The notes below the pieces were generated by a model. That model ran no database searches, was not told the DNA's origin, and was given only the letters and a program-made list of their open reading frames with translations. The translations under genes and the position numbers were made by a program. From Octopus sinensis (taxonomy: Eukaryota): a DNA stretch of 64,000 nucleotides. Numbering within the stretch: position 1 is the first letter of the stretch; the number at the start of each line of letters is the position of its first letter. This document shows positions 14,501 to 25,852 of the stretch, piece by piece. Location: positions 276,474 through 340,473 of the forward strand of contig NW_021825710.1 of assembly GCF_006345805.1 (NCBI RefSeq), given 5' to 3'.

Positions 14501-14667
14501 CTTCAGCAACCTCTCCAACAAAACACAACTATAAAGGAGAATGAAATTATAAAAAAGATGGAAGTATCAGTAAAAAAAAATCACCAATAATCAAAAACAA
14601 AACAAATTTTCAACTGTTCTAAACACAGCAATTGGAAGATGCTGAATACAACAACAACAACAATAAT

Positions 14668-14860
14668 AATAATCCTTTCTATTATTAGCACAAGACCTGA
14701 AATTTGTGAACTCCAGTACTTGACTGGCATTTAATTTATCAACCCTTAAAGGATGAAAAGTCAACCTCAGCAGAATTTGAACTCAGAATGTAGTAACGTA
14801 TGAAATACCACTAAGCACTTTTGCCGGCATGCTGATGATACTGCTAACTCACTACCTTAA
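14668..14860 (-). mobile_element. SINE copy
   Basis: Same family as 3830-4054, bounded by (TAA)n. Confidence 0.7.
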
Positions 14861-15112
14861 TAATAATAATAATGATGATAATGATGATGATATATGAAGA
14901 GATGTAAAGGTGAATGTGGGCTGATTAGCATACAGGAGTGCTCTTTTTCTTGTCTTGAGACAGCATTCACCCGGGGTGGGTTGAGCTGGCTTCATTCATC
15001 CTCAATGCTGCATCTCTCACAAATGCCGACCAGACCTGGCGATTTGAGGCTAATGACCATATGATCTCCAACCACTCCCTATTCCAGCAGCGATCCTTCA
15101 AACATTCCATAC

Positions 15113-15211
15113 AGGAGTGCATCAACAGTGAAAGAAAAAACATGGTGGAGTATTTGGTAAATAGCAAGCAAGACCTGCCACAGTATGCTGCTAATGTAGA
15201 AGGATTTACTA

Positions 15212-15246
<35 letters not shown>

Positions 15247-16230
15247 CAATAATAATAATTTCAAACAAGACCAGCTACAGTATGCTGCTAATGCAGAAGG
15301 ATTTACCAAATATGGACTTGAGAGAGCTAATCAATTCCGATCACAAATAGCCAATGAGAGAGAAGAAACTTTACTCCACATGGAATTACATGGTCAGTTC
15401 CACCATGAAACTAACCACTTAAAACATCAGGAAGCATCATGGAGGTGGTTCAGCAAAGGTGACCTAAAAAAGAAGACTGAAAACCTAATTATCACTGTCC
15501 AGGATCAGGCACTGAATACCAACTCTGTGAAAAGAGATATATACCACATAAGTGTAATGAACCACTGCAGAATGTGTGAGAAGAGGGTTGAAGGCGTGAC
15601 TCACATTGTTAGTACTTGTGAAAGTCTTACACAGAAAGAGTACAAGTGCAGACATGACAAGGTGTCCCCAAACCTTCACTGGTTACTATGCCAGAAGTAT
15701 GGATATGAGGTATTGGGTGCTTGGTACCAACATATGCCAGAAAAGGTAATGGATGAAAATGGAGAGGCAAAAATCCTCTGGGACTTTGACAGACAAGATA
15801 TTAGAGCACCAAATCCTTTAGGAGGCACAAACAAGAGTGCCTAATAATCAACGTGGCAGTGCCAGGAGATCAACATATCATGAAAGAAAGAGAAAAGATT
15901 GATAAATATGGAGACCTGATAATTGAGATTGTCAAGATGTGGCAGCTACAAGAGTCAAATATAATGGTTGTCCCTACTGTCATCGAAGCATTGGGTTCAA
16001 TACCACCCAACCTGAAGAAACATCTGGAAACTTTAGAAATACCCTACAATCTAGGTGTATTGCATAAATCGGCATTACTTGGAACTTCATGCATATTGTA
16101 TAAAGTACTGTCAGTCTGAGGGCATTGTTGTGACTTGACAGACAATAAAAACCTCTGGTAGATACAATATCTTGAATCAACTACATTACAATATTGGATA
16201 CCGTGCAACGTCTTAAATAATAATAATGAT
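15113..16230 (+). mobile_element. 3' part of R4/Dong-clade non-LTR retrotransposon, copy 2
   Basis: ORFs 15380-15844 (LHGQF...SWRWF.KGDLKK.TE.LI..QDQALNTN, CCHC) and 15853-16119. A (TAA)n run lies at 15211-15243 and the element ends in a TAA tail. Confidence 0.85.
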
Positions 16231-16244
16231 AATAAAACTTAATA

Positions 16245-17786
16245 ATTTTGGCACAGTAATCTACTTATGCCCGCCTTTGTAGGGGTGGGCATAGGTAGAT
16301 TACATCAACTCCAGTGTTCAACTGGTACTTATTCTATCAACTCCGAAAGGATAGCAGGTAAAGTTTACTTTTGAAATTAGAACATAAAGAACTATAGGAA
16401 ATACCACTCAACATTTTGACTGATGCACTAACAATTCTGCCAGAGTGTCATCTTATACTACTTCTAATAATAATAATCCTATCTACTATAGGCACAAGGC
16501 CTGAAACTTCAGGGGAAGGGAGTAGTTGATTGCATCAACTCCAGTGCTTGACTGGTACTTACTTCATTGACCCCAAAAGTATGAAAGGCAAAGCTGACCA
16601 TGGTGGAATCTGAACTCAGGATGTAAAAATGGACGAAATGCCACTAAGTATTTTGCCCCCTTTGTGCCAATGATTTTCTAGCTTGCAGCTTTAATAAAGA
16701 TAATAATAATCCTTTCTGCAAAAGGGACAAGGCCAGAGATTTTGGAGAAAGGAGCTAGTCCATTATATCGACTCCAGTGCTCAACTGGTCCATTTTTACT
16801 GGCCCTGAAAGGTCGAAACCCAATGTCAACTTTAGCAGAATGTAAAGCCAAAAGAAATGCTGCTGAGCATTTTGTCCCGCATACTAATGATTTAATCAGC
16901 TTACTACCTAGTAATAATAATCCTTTGTACTAAAAGACACAAGGCCTCACATTTTAGGGGAAGGGACAAGTGGATTACCTCGACTACAGTGTTTCCTTGG
17001 TACTTAACCCTTCCGTTACTGTATTTATTTTGAAATGCACTGTGTTTCTTTCAATTACCTTAAATATAACGAAGAATTTAGTAAAATAACTTAGTTATCA
17101 TTAAGCTGTTGTTAGGAACATAAATTGTAACTAAGGTTCGGTGGAAGATTTTAATTCAAAACTTATGAAAGCAAGACATTTGTACTCAGAGCCAGAGTCC
17201 ATTTCAGTCAGGTTGGTAGCGAAAAGGTTAATTTATCGACCTCAAAAGGATGAAAGGCAAAGTCAACCTCAGCAGAATTTGAACTCAGAATATAAAAACA
17301 GACAAAATACCACCAAGCAGTTTGCTTGGCATGCAAACAATTCTGCCAGTTCACCACCTTAATAATGATAAAAATAATCCTTTCTACTATAGGCACAAGG
17401 GCTGCAATTTTGGGAGAAGAGGCTAGCCAATTATGTTGATCCCGTTGCTCAGCTAAGACTTATTTTATGACCCCAAAAGGATGAAAGGCCAAGTCAACCA
17501 TGGTGGAATTTGAACTCAGAACATAAAAATAGATGAAATACTGCTAAGCATGGTGTGGTAATGATTATGCTAGCTCTCTGCCTAATATTAATCCTTTCTT
17601 CTATAAGCACAAAGTTTGAAATTTGGAGGAGAGGCTAAGTCGATTTCATCAATCCCAGTGTGCAACTGAAAGAATAAAAGGCAAAGTCAACCATAACAGA
17701 ATTTGAACTCAGAACATAAAGACAGACAAAATGCCACTAAGCATTTTGCTCAGCATGCTGATGATTCTACCAGCTCACCACCTTAA
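16245..17786 (-). mobile_element. Tandem head-to-tail array of about six SINE copies
   Basis: Units start near 16245, 16475, 16708, 16920, 17375 and 17590. Each reads atcctttctactataggcacaagg...ctgccagctc..ccttaat and they are joined by (TAA)n. Confidence 0.8.
17008..17227. mobile_element. piggyBac-type MITE inserted in a SINE
   Basis: TTAA duplicated at 17004-17007 and 17228-17231. Termini are ccctt.cg / cgaaaagg. Removing it restores SINE sequence ggtacTTAAtttatcgacc. A reverse copy lies at 44974-45180. Confidence 0.85.
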
Positions 17787-18814
17787 TGATAAGTATGTGC
17801 TATGCTTGTTCACAGAAACGGCTTGACAACCAGTGTTAGTATGTTTATATCCCCTTAAATTAACAGTTCAGACCAATAGAACAAGTGTCAAGCTTATAAA
17901 AAAGAAGTACATTCAAGGCAGTGCCCTAGTATGGCTGCAGTCTAATGAGTGAAACAAGCAAAATATAAAAGATAGAAAGATAATGATTACATAATTCCTA
18001 ACTGATAAAGAATTGGGAATTAAGTGGCTTTATTTTTTTTAACTGCCAAAATTATTTATGTTTGTTTTCTATTTATACTGTATATATTACAAAAAAAATT
18101 TCAATATTAGTGTGAAATGCAAAATAAACATCTTTGGGTTTTTCTTTGACTATTCATCCACTCATCTTCTCTACCCACTATTCTTGAGAAGGTTGTGGGG
18201 GCAGAGTCCTTAGGCACCTCCTCCACAGGGTCCAATCAGAATTGACTGTCATTAGACTCTCTGACTGGAATCCCATGCATAACCAACTGAGACTATGGAT
18301 ATTATACAACCATCTCATTATTAGTCTACCCTAAGGTCTCCAACCAGATATCTCAGCTTGAGAATCTGTCTTGTTATTCTGGATCCCCTGCTAAACATAA
18401 ATCACTCAAACATTTGGTAGAAGAGATAATTATTTTCAGCAAGAAACAAATTCCTAAGTCAACTTTAAACTGGTGACTTATGAACCAGTAGTCAATACAC
18501 CTCTCAGTGATGGCATCTTCATAAAATTGAAAAGGAAAAACCAATATGAAAAATTAAAAATATAAAATAAATGGAAAGATAAATTTTCAATCATAGGTAA
18601 ATCTTTAAACAAATGAAGCTATTTGTAAAAGTCAAGTGTTGGCTAAGTCCAGCGAGGTCACATTTTATCTGGCTTCCTGACTTTGATGAATACATCCATT
18701 TTTTGTCTTTTAGTTTTTGGCTCTTTGGTAAGTGAACAATAAAATTCAGTAATGAAAAATAAAATGAAATTCTCATTTTTATCATAGCCACAGTATTCAT
18801 GTATCACTGTATTC

Positions 18815-19400
18815 ATGGCCGACTTGCACTTTACTGACCACACCACTGTACATGGCTTGGACAGCTCTAACAAGCCACTCCTCTACTCCTAACTTCCTTA
18901 GAGAGCACCATATAACAGAGCGAGAAACTTTGTTGAAAGCTTTCTCCAGGTCAATGAAGGCTAAGTACAATGGCTTACTTTTGGCCAAGTATTTTTCCTG
19001 CAGCTGTGTCACTAGGAAGATGGCATCTGTGGTACTCTTCCTAGGTACAAAACTGAACTGCATTTCATCTAGTTTAAATCTATTCCTAATCAATTGAGCT
19101 ATAACCCTCTCGGTAATTTTCATGACTTGGTCTAGCAGTTTAATACCTCTGTAGTTGTTTCTATCTAAGGCATCACCTTTACCCTGGTAGCAGCTAATTA
19201 TAATGCTACTACAGCAATCGTTGGGGATGGTACCTTCCTGAATAAACTGATTAACTATATGGATGACTAAGCCATATCCTATGCCACCGGAAGTTTTAAT
19301 CATCTCAGCAGGGATTCCTGATGGCCCAGGGGATTTCCCAGTCTTCATGTCCTTAATTGCTTTATCTATTATGCTGCTATCAACTCTGATGGCTGGGTGT
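18815..19400 (-). mobile_element. RTE-clade LINE reverse transcriptase fragment
   Basis: ORF 18797-19348: GKSPGPSGIPAEMIK...NYRGIKLL...QFSFVP.KSTTDAIF..QLQEKYL...LYLAFIDLEKAFNKV. Confidence 0.9.
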
Positions 19401-19633
19401 GCAAAATGGACATTCAGAGCACAGCCCTTTTGCCAAACTAAGTGTTACACACCACATAGCTAGTCTGGTTCGGAAGAAATGCCATGGGGTTTAATAATAA
19501 TTATTATTCTTATCATTAAAATATTAATACTAAATTAATATACATGTATATTTTAATTGTTAAATTTATTGCATAAGCAATATGAGGGGTCTGGCTGATA
19601 TTGAAATGAAATTACATGTGATCTTGGCAACTA

Positions 19634-20195
19634 TTGGGTTGGTAACTAAGTTCCCACGTTTTTTAAATTTTGGAATTTATTGTGTTTTTAAATATTGCAA
19701 TCTATTTTTTTCAAGAATTCTATTTTTGAATCATTTGGAATTTATTTATTTTTTTTTTCTAGTTAATTTTAGTTAATTTTTGTTTATTTTCAAATCATTA
19801 AAATGGAATGTCAAGTTACTAAAAACAAGCATTTTCGACACCGCCTTTTTGATTTTAATCAAGGTTCTAAGGCCGCAAAAGGTGCTCACAGCATTTGTGC
19901 TGTGTATGGAGAGGGTGCCATAGCTGAAAGAACTGCTCGTGATTGGTATGCCAAGTTTAAAAATGGAAATTTTGACCTCAAAGATGCACCTCATTCTGGT
20001 CGTCCAGTTGAATTCGATGAAGAGCGATTAAACCAACTTTTGCACGAAAATTCTCATCAAACATCAAGGGAACCGGCAGAGAAAATGGAATGCTCCCACA
20101 CTGCTATAGAGAAGCATCTTCACTCGATGGGAAAGGTTCAGAAGTATGGAGCATGGGTTCCACATGCTTTAAGTGATAACAACAAAAAATCAACA
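19634..20195 (+). mobile_element. mariner 5' half (TIR + HTH region of transposase), truncated
   Basis: TA-ttgggttggtaactaag TIR. ORF 19803-20213 has VYGEGAI...W.AKFKNGNFDLKDAPHSGRP...GAWVPHALS. Confidence 0.9.
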
Positions 20196-20199
20196 AGCA

Positions 20200-20383
20200 G
20201 TGGTGGAGGATAAACACATACACACAAACTTCTTTTAGTTTCTGTCAACCAAATCCATTCACAAGGTTTTGGTAGGCCCAGGGCTATATTTGAAGATGCT
20301 TGCCAAAAGTGCCATGCAGTGGGACTGGACCTGAAACCATGTGATTGGGAAACAAACTTCATACCACACAGCTACACCTGTGC
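20200..20383 (-). mobile_element. SINE head fragment (45627 family)
   Basis: Reverse complement of the 45627-45790 tRNA/core region. Confidence 0.7.
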
Positions 20384-20961
20384 TTAAATGTATGTGTATG
20401 TATCTATAAAGACTATATATATGTATGAACAAATCTCTCTCTTTTTCTCTGTATAAACATACACATATGTACACACAAATATACACATATGCAAGTATGT
20501 GTGTGTGTGTGCATGTGTAAATATGTATGTGATAGTGCAGTACCAAACCACTAAAATGTGATATCATATGTCCAATTACTATTATAAGAAGGATAATCAT
20601 ATAATCTCTGTGTTTTGCCATTTCTTTCTCGGTTACTTTATATACTCTTACTCTTTCATTTAATCAAGCTTTCATTTAATCTTTGTATGCTTTTCAATTA
20701 AGTTTTACACTTATATAAACATAAATATCTATTATATATCTTTCCATTTAATATCCATTGATTAGGTCTTTTATACTTTGTTAATGGAAAACTTGCACAT
20801 TTTCACAACTAGTATAAATACATATAATTTATATTAGGTATCATCAAATGTTTTCAGAGAAAGACCAGGCAGGAAATGTTTGTATGTCTTCTATGTTTTT
20901 CATTGACTTGCTTCAGTCTTGGACTGCAGTCATGCTGGGGAATTGCCTTTACCTAATAATG

Positions 20962-21048
20962 CATCTGCAGAAGGTCTTGAACTCATAACTATCAGATCAT
21001 TAAGGTTAATCATAAAAGTCTGATGCTTAACCAATATGCTAATAGACA
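20962..21048 (-). pseudogene. tRNA-Lys(UUU)-like pseudogene with 15-nt insert at position 37/38
   Basis: Minus strand reads tagcatattggttaagca-tcaga-CTTTTA-[tgattaaccttaatg]-A-tctga-...gagttcaagacc. The anticodon arm matches tRNA-Lys(TTT). Acceptor and T stems are mismatched. Confidence 0.55.
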
Positions 21049-23411
21049 TGAGTCCAGAAAGAAATGAAAAACTTCTCACTAGCTAACTAAGAAAAAGATA
21101 CTAAATTCAGAGGGACAAAAGTAAAAGTGATGTCCTAAATGCAATGTCTTCAATTAATTTTTTATTTGCAAATTTCTAGAAACATGTTTATCCATCTGGA
21201 TATATAATGAACATGTAAATTATGATTCAAACATATCCAAATTCTCCTGTAGTGGACACATGGCTTCCCCTATCAACTAGCTATCATGTTTATTTAGCCT
21301 ACTTTTTATATCCAATTTCTGAGACCATATTTAGAATATAATTACAAACACAAAAACAAGCATATACAATGCCAGAAAGTGAGGGAGGCCAATAACAGTT
21401 TTCTATGTTGAAAGGGGATGATGTTATTTTCCTAATATATACACATCCAACACCAAAAGCACTATGAATAAGCCCACTTAAATAATTTTAAAAAAATTCG
21501 GCTAACTTTGTTTACTATTATAGGAAAACTGTCTCAACCATAAAAGGAAAGATTAAAAAACAGTGTTACCATATTGACCAACAAAAACCTGTCTCATTAT
21601 CTAAAGGTGATAAGACAAGAATAAGCATACTTCTGGTGATTAATTTGCTTATAATTACAATTCAAACTAGCTAATTAGAGTTACTATACTAATCAGTTAA
21701 AATATTGTTGTGAAGTTAATTGATGCATTCTTTGGAGCTTATAAAAACTGAAAAGAGTGGAGTTAGACAGACCAGATTTTGCTATTACTTTTTTTCAATA
21801 CCTTTTTCTATTAATAAAAACACACACAACAAGTAGAACAAGAAAGAAAGTAAGCCTTACAACCATTAACCAAATTCAGCTATTTTATCTTTTTTCAAGC
21901 GAAACTCTAAAGGACAAACAGATGACAAATGCAAAGTTGATTTCATTTGCCTATTCTCTCTTTTTGTTGATTTCATGTTAATCCTTTTGTGAGTCAAGTA
22001 CTTCAGACACTCAGTTAACATTTCAACCCTAAAAATGCCGTTAAGTGTATGAAGTGCTTATAGTTTATTAGGTGAATATATGTAGACACCTATACAAATA
22101 GACATACTTTTTTAAAAGCAATGGTCACAATCCCACCCAAGGAGAATCTTTAGTAAAAACTTGTTTTATGCAATGAGATGCAGAATTGTACATTTCTATA
22201 ATATTCTTAGCAGTGGCTATCCACTATGTCAAATAAAAAATGATTTATTCAGATTATTTAAAGTTTAATGGTAGTAATCTTAACCAGTGACAAAGAATGA
22301 AGAAAAAAACAATCAGAAAGCAGAACCTAAACAATATATATCTATTTGCTCTCCCTCTCTCTCTCAAACACACACACACAATACACACAAGCAATTTGAC
22401 AGCTATGCCAACCTATCATTGTAGTGGAAGTAAAGCCTTACATGACAACACCTAGACTATTGAACAAAAATGGAAGTATAACAGTTATGTGAATAGCATT
22501 AAGAAGCTCTGGTTAGCTTCACATCTTAAGAGTTTACAGAGTTATAACTTTCAAAGTATATTACATGCTTTTTGGCACAATAGTCTTTTAAGTACACCTC
22601 TACATAGTCACAGTTGGATATATGCATAAAGATATACTTCCCTTCCTTTCTCACATCTCTATTTTGAAAAGTTTATTAACCATTACTTAGAAGCAGAACA
22701 TTGGTAAAACACCAATACAGAACATAAAAAAAATATAATAAAACAAATTTAATTGATAGCATGAGAAAATAAACATGGAAGATATTTTAATGAGAACAAC
22801 TCACTATTGCATTAAAATATATAACAGCATATAGCAATTAGAAATGAAGATCTTTACTAAAGAAAATTATAACTTTCTATCATAATTATTTTCATTAATT
22901 CAGTTTTATATAGCCTAATCTCTTCTCCCACTTTCACACATGCATGCGTATACAATAAAATCAGTAGCTAAACAGTGCAATGTTCCATCAAATATAGAAA
23001 TGGCTGATAATTTGCAGGAGAAATTTCAATACTTTTTTTTACATGAAATTTTTATTTTTATAGGCAATAAGCTATTAACAACTGAAGAGAGAAAGAAAAG
23101 TAGAAAGCAAAAGGTTTAATGTATTTCAGAAAGAAAGATGTGAATTGTCCACAAAACTATATTCAAGATTAAAAATATGTACCTAGATATGTCCAGCATG
23201 TTTGTGTTAGAATTAAACATAATCACTAGAATTGGAAATATAATCGGCAATAAAAGTACAAAATGCAGCATGTTAGTGTAATGTTAGAAAAAGGAGATAT
23301 CTCTGGAGGGTTTGGATAAATCTTGCAATTCCAAGAACTTTACGGAACAGAATAGTTGACACCTTTCATTCTTCGTAGCTAAATTATGTTATGTCTGGCT
23401 CTCTTGGATAG

Positions 23412-24414
23412 TTTCAATCTCAGTCACAGATTTTTTAATCAATTTTTTTAACTAAACAGTTTGAAACTTCGGATACTGGTTGAATGTGTCACATAGAACA
23501 TGGTTTACCCTTAATGTTTTTGACAAAATTTTGTATTTTAGAAGTTATTTCATGTTAAAGTTTGGGTAATTTTAACCAATCAGTGACATGTATTCAGTTG
23601 AAGAAAGTTATTGCTGTTTGCGAAAGTAATCAAGCAAAAACTTCCGGGTCATCTGTAGTAAATTCATTTTTCAATCGCGTGTGGTTTATTCCATGTTGTT
23701 CACCTTGGCTGCTAAGTCTTTGGATATTTTTCACCACTCTGTTTTATTTTTGCCTATAATTATTTTCACCACTCTGTTTTATTTTTGCATAAAATTATTT
23801 TCATGACTGTTTTATTTTATTTTTGCTTAATTTTCAACAACTTTTGTTTACTTGCCTGTTGTATTTTATTTTTTGTATTTGGAAGTATGGCTGCAGCCAA
23901 ATCATATAGCCTCTGCAATTTGATGGATACATTTAAAACTGAGGAGGATGCGGCAGCATACTTCGCAGAGAAGGCTATAATACCTTTAGTTAAAAAGTGT
24001 AGAAATGGGCACTTGATGAAAAAGAAAGTGGTCCGAGAGAATCTTTACTGGCAGTGCAGTCGCAAAGGTTGCAATGAGACTGTGTCTGTCAGAAAAGGTA
24101 TATGGCTGGACGGTAGTGCACTTACTCTCCAGACTGTAGTAATTTTTTTGTAGTCTTGGGTCAAGGAACTGACTACAGTTTGTTATTGTATAGAAGAACT
24201 GGGGATAACAGCAATAACTTTCTTCAGCTGAATACATGTCACTGATTGGTTAAAATTACCCAAATTTTAACATGAAATAACTTCTAAAATACAAAATTTT
24301 GTCAAAAACATTAAGGGTAAACCATGTTCTATGTGACACATTCAACCAGTGTCCGAAGTTTCAAACTGTTTAGTTAACAAAAATCAATTTTAAAATCTGT
24401 GACTGAGATTGAAA
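23412..24414 (+). mobile_element. Merlin (IS1595/ISXO2-like) DNA transposon deletion derivative with ~205-bp terminal inverted repeats
   Basis: 23412-23618 is the near-identical reverse complement of 24207-24414. The internal reading frame from 23887 gives FKTEEDAAAYF...CRNGHLM...WQCSRKGCNETVSVRKGIWLDGS.L.L...*SW......C..ELGI, a zinc-ribbon N-terminus typical of Merlin transposases. Subterminal ~35-bp tandem repeats lie at 23725-23830. Confidence 0.8.
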
Positions 24415-24595
24415 AGATCTGCTCTCTCTCTAGCAATCCAGGTAAAGTTTTCTGCTATTTATCCTTTCTCCTATGTCATACGCTTTGAATTTATAGGAAA
24501 GGAAAATTTTGTAGCAGTCATGGCTACTGAAAATGGTCATTAAAACTAGATCACATATTTAGCTTGTGTAGACCTTATCATTAAAGGGATATATA

Positions 24596-25755
24596 CAGAG
24601 ACATGACAGAGGTAAATAGACACCCCATAAAATATTGTTCTATGCTTATCTTAACTTGAAAGGTTAATATTTTTTATTAATTGACATATTTACGTTTCAG
24701 GTTCTATATGTGGCTATTTGATCATGTGCATCAATCTGAAGGTGGACTTAGTCAGTGTAAAAAACTGCAGAAAACCTTGGAATCCTGCTTTCTACAGTTA
24801 ATAGAGTGATTGTGCAATTCACCAGTGAAGGAAAGGAATCCACATCACCTCTCCCATGTTGACCAGGGCCCTCTGACAGGACCCTTCGTTTTGTTGCAAG
24901 GTATCTGACATAGCCGAACAAGTTGATGTCAGTCCCAGAACAACTGTTAGGTATCTCCACAAACTTAGCTACTATGGTAGAGCAGCAAAAAGAAATCACA
25001 TCTTCGACCAGCCAATATCAAAAGAGGAAAAGATTGGGCCAGTGAGATGGTGGAAAGGCTAACATTTTGGGACACTGTCATATTCTCCGAGGAATACAGA
25101 TTCGCTGTATTTTCTGACAGTGGTCAACTCTGTAGACTCTGTGATCAAGAATTTGATGAGAAAAGGTTGCAGCCAACAATGAAATACAGCAGCTATTCTG
25201 TGATGGTCTGGGGAGCAATTTGGAGCACTGGTTGATCAGAACTGATGGAGAGTGATGAAAACATAAACCCAGATAAATGTGTGTCCATATTGCAGAAAGA
25301 ACTCCTTCCAATCTTCTTCAGTGGTGAAACGATTAAAGAAGGCTTTTTATTTCTGGAAGATGAGATTCTTGCCACACAGCTAAAAAAGACCCAAGATTGG
25401 TTAGAAGAGAATGGCATTAAAAAGCTTCCATGATCATGTCAGTCATCAGATATGAACCCTATTGAACATCTCTGGAGCATAATGGACAGGACACTTCATT
25501 AAAAGAACTAGAAAGCATCTTCAAAGCCAGATCTTTTGAGATTACTACATGAAACTTGGCAAGAAATTCCTCGAGAATATTCATCTGATCAGTAGCATGC
25601 CTAAAAAATGCAAAGGGCTGAAAAATGCAAAGGGCATATCTACTAAATATTAGATATTCACATTATAATAATTAATAAATAATTTGAATGTATAATTCCA
25701 GACTTAGATAAATTTGAAGAATCACAAGGGTGTCTATTTACTTCTGTCATGTCTG
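24596..25755 (+). mobile_element. Tc1-like DNA transposon, TIRs intact, transposase decayed
   Basis: TIRs cag(ag)acatgacagaggtaaatagacaccc / gggtgtctatttacttctgtcatgtctg with TA flanks. Remnants: WDTVIFSEE.RF, SVMVWGAI, QSSDMNPIEHLW. Confidence 0.9.
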
Positions 25756-25785
25756 TATATATATACATTAATTAAAATGATTAAA

Positions 25786-25795
25786 ATATATATAT

Positions 25796-25850
<55 letters not shown>
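25786..25850. repeat. (TA)n microsatellite
   Basis: Direct observation. Confidence 0.95.

Positions 25851-25852
<2 letters not shown>

Noticed and set aside
12800-14600. Possible very old PLE/LINE remnant, including a CTGAAGAAGG..GAAA near 13813
   Set aside because: Only faint motif resemblances, no convincing stems and no alignable protein. It cannot be supported without a profile search.
7420-16230. Segmental duplication of the 8-kb and 15-kb regions
   Set aside because: Similarity is confined to the R4/Dong element and generic SINEs. The unique flanks do not align.
16245-17786. Regularly spaced repeats suggestive of a CRISPR-like array
   Set aside because: The units are ~200-bp diverged SINEs with no unique spacers, in eukaryotic DNA with no cas genes.
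23180-23275. Minus-strand hydrophobic mini-ORF MLHFVLLLPIIFPILVIMF...AG|GTACAT as a signal-peptide exon
   Set aside because: Short hydrophobic ORFs are common in AT-rich DNA, and no linked exons were found.
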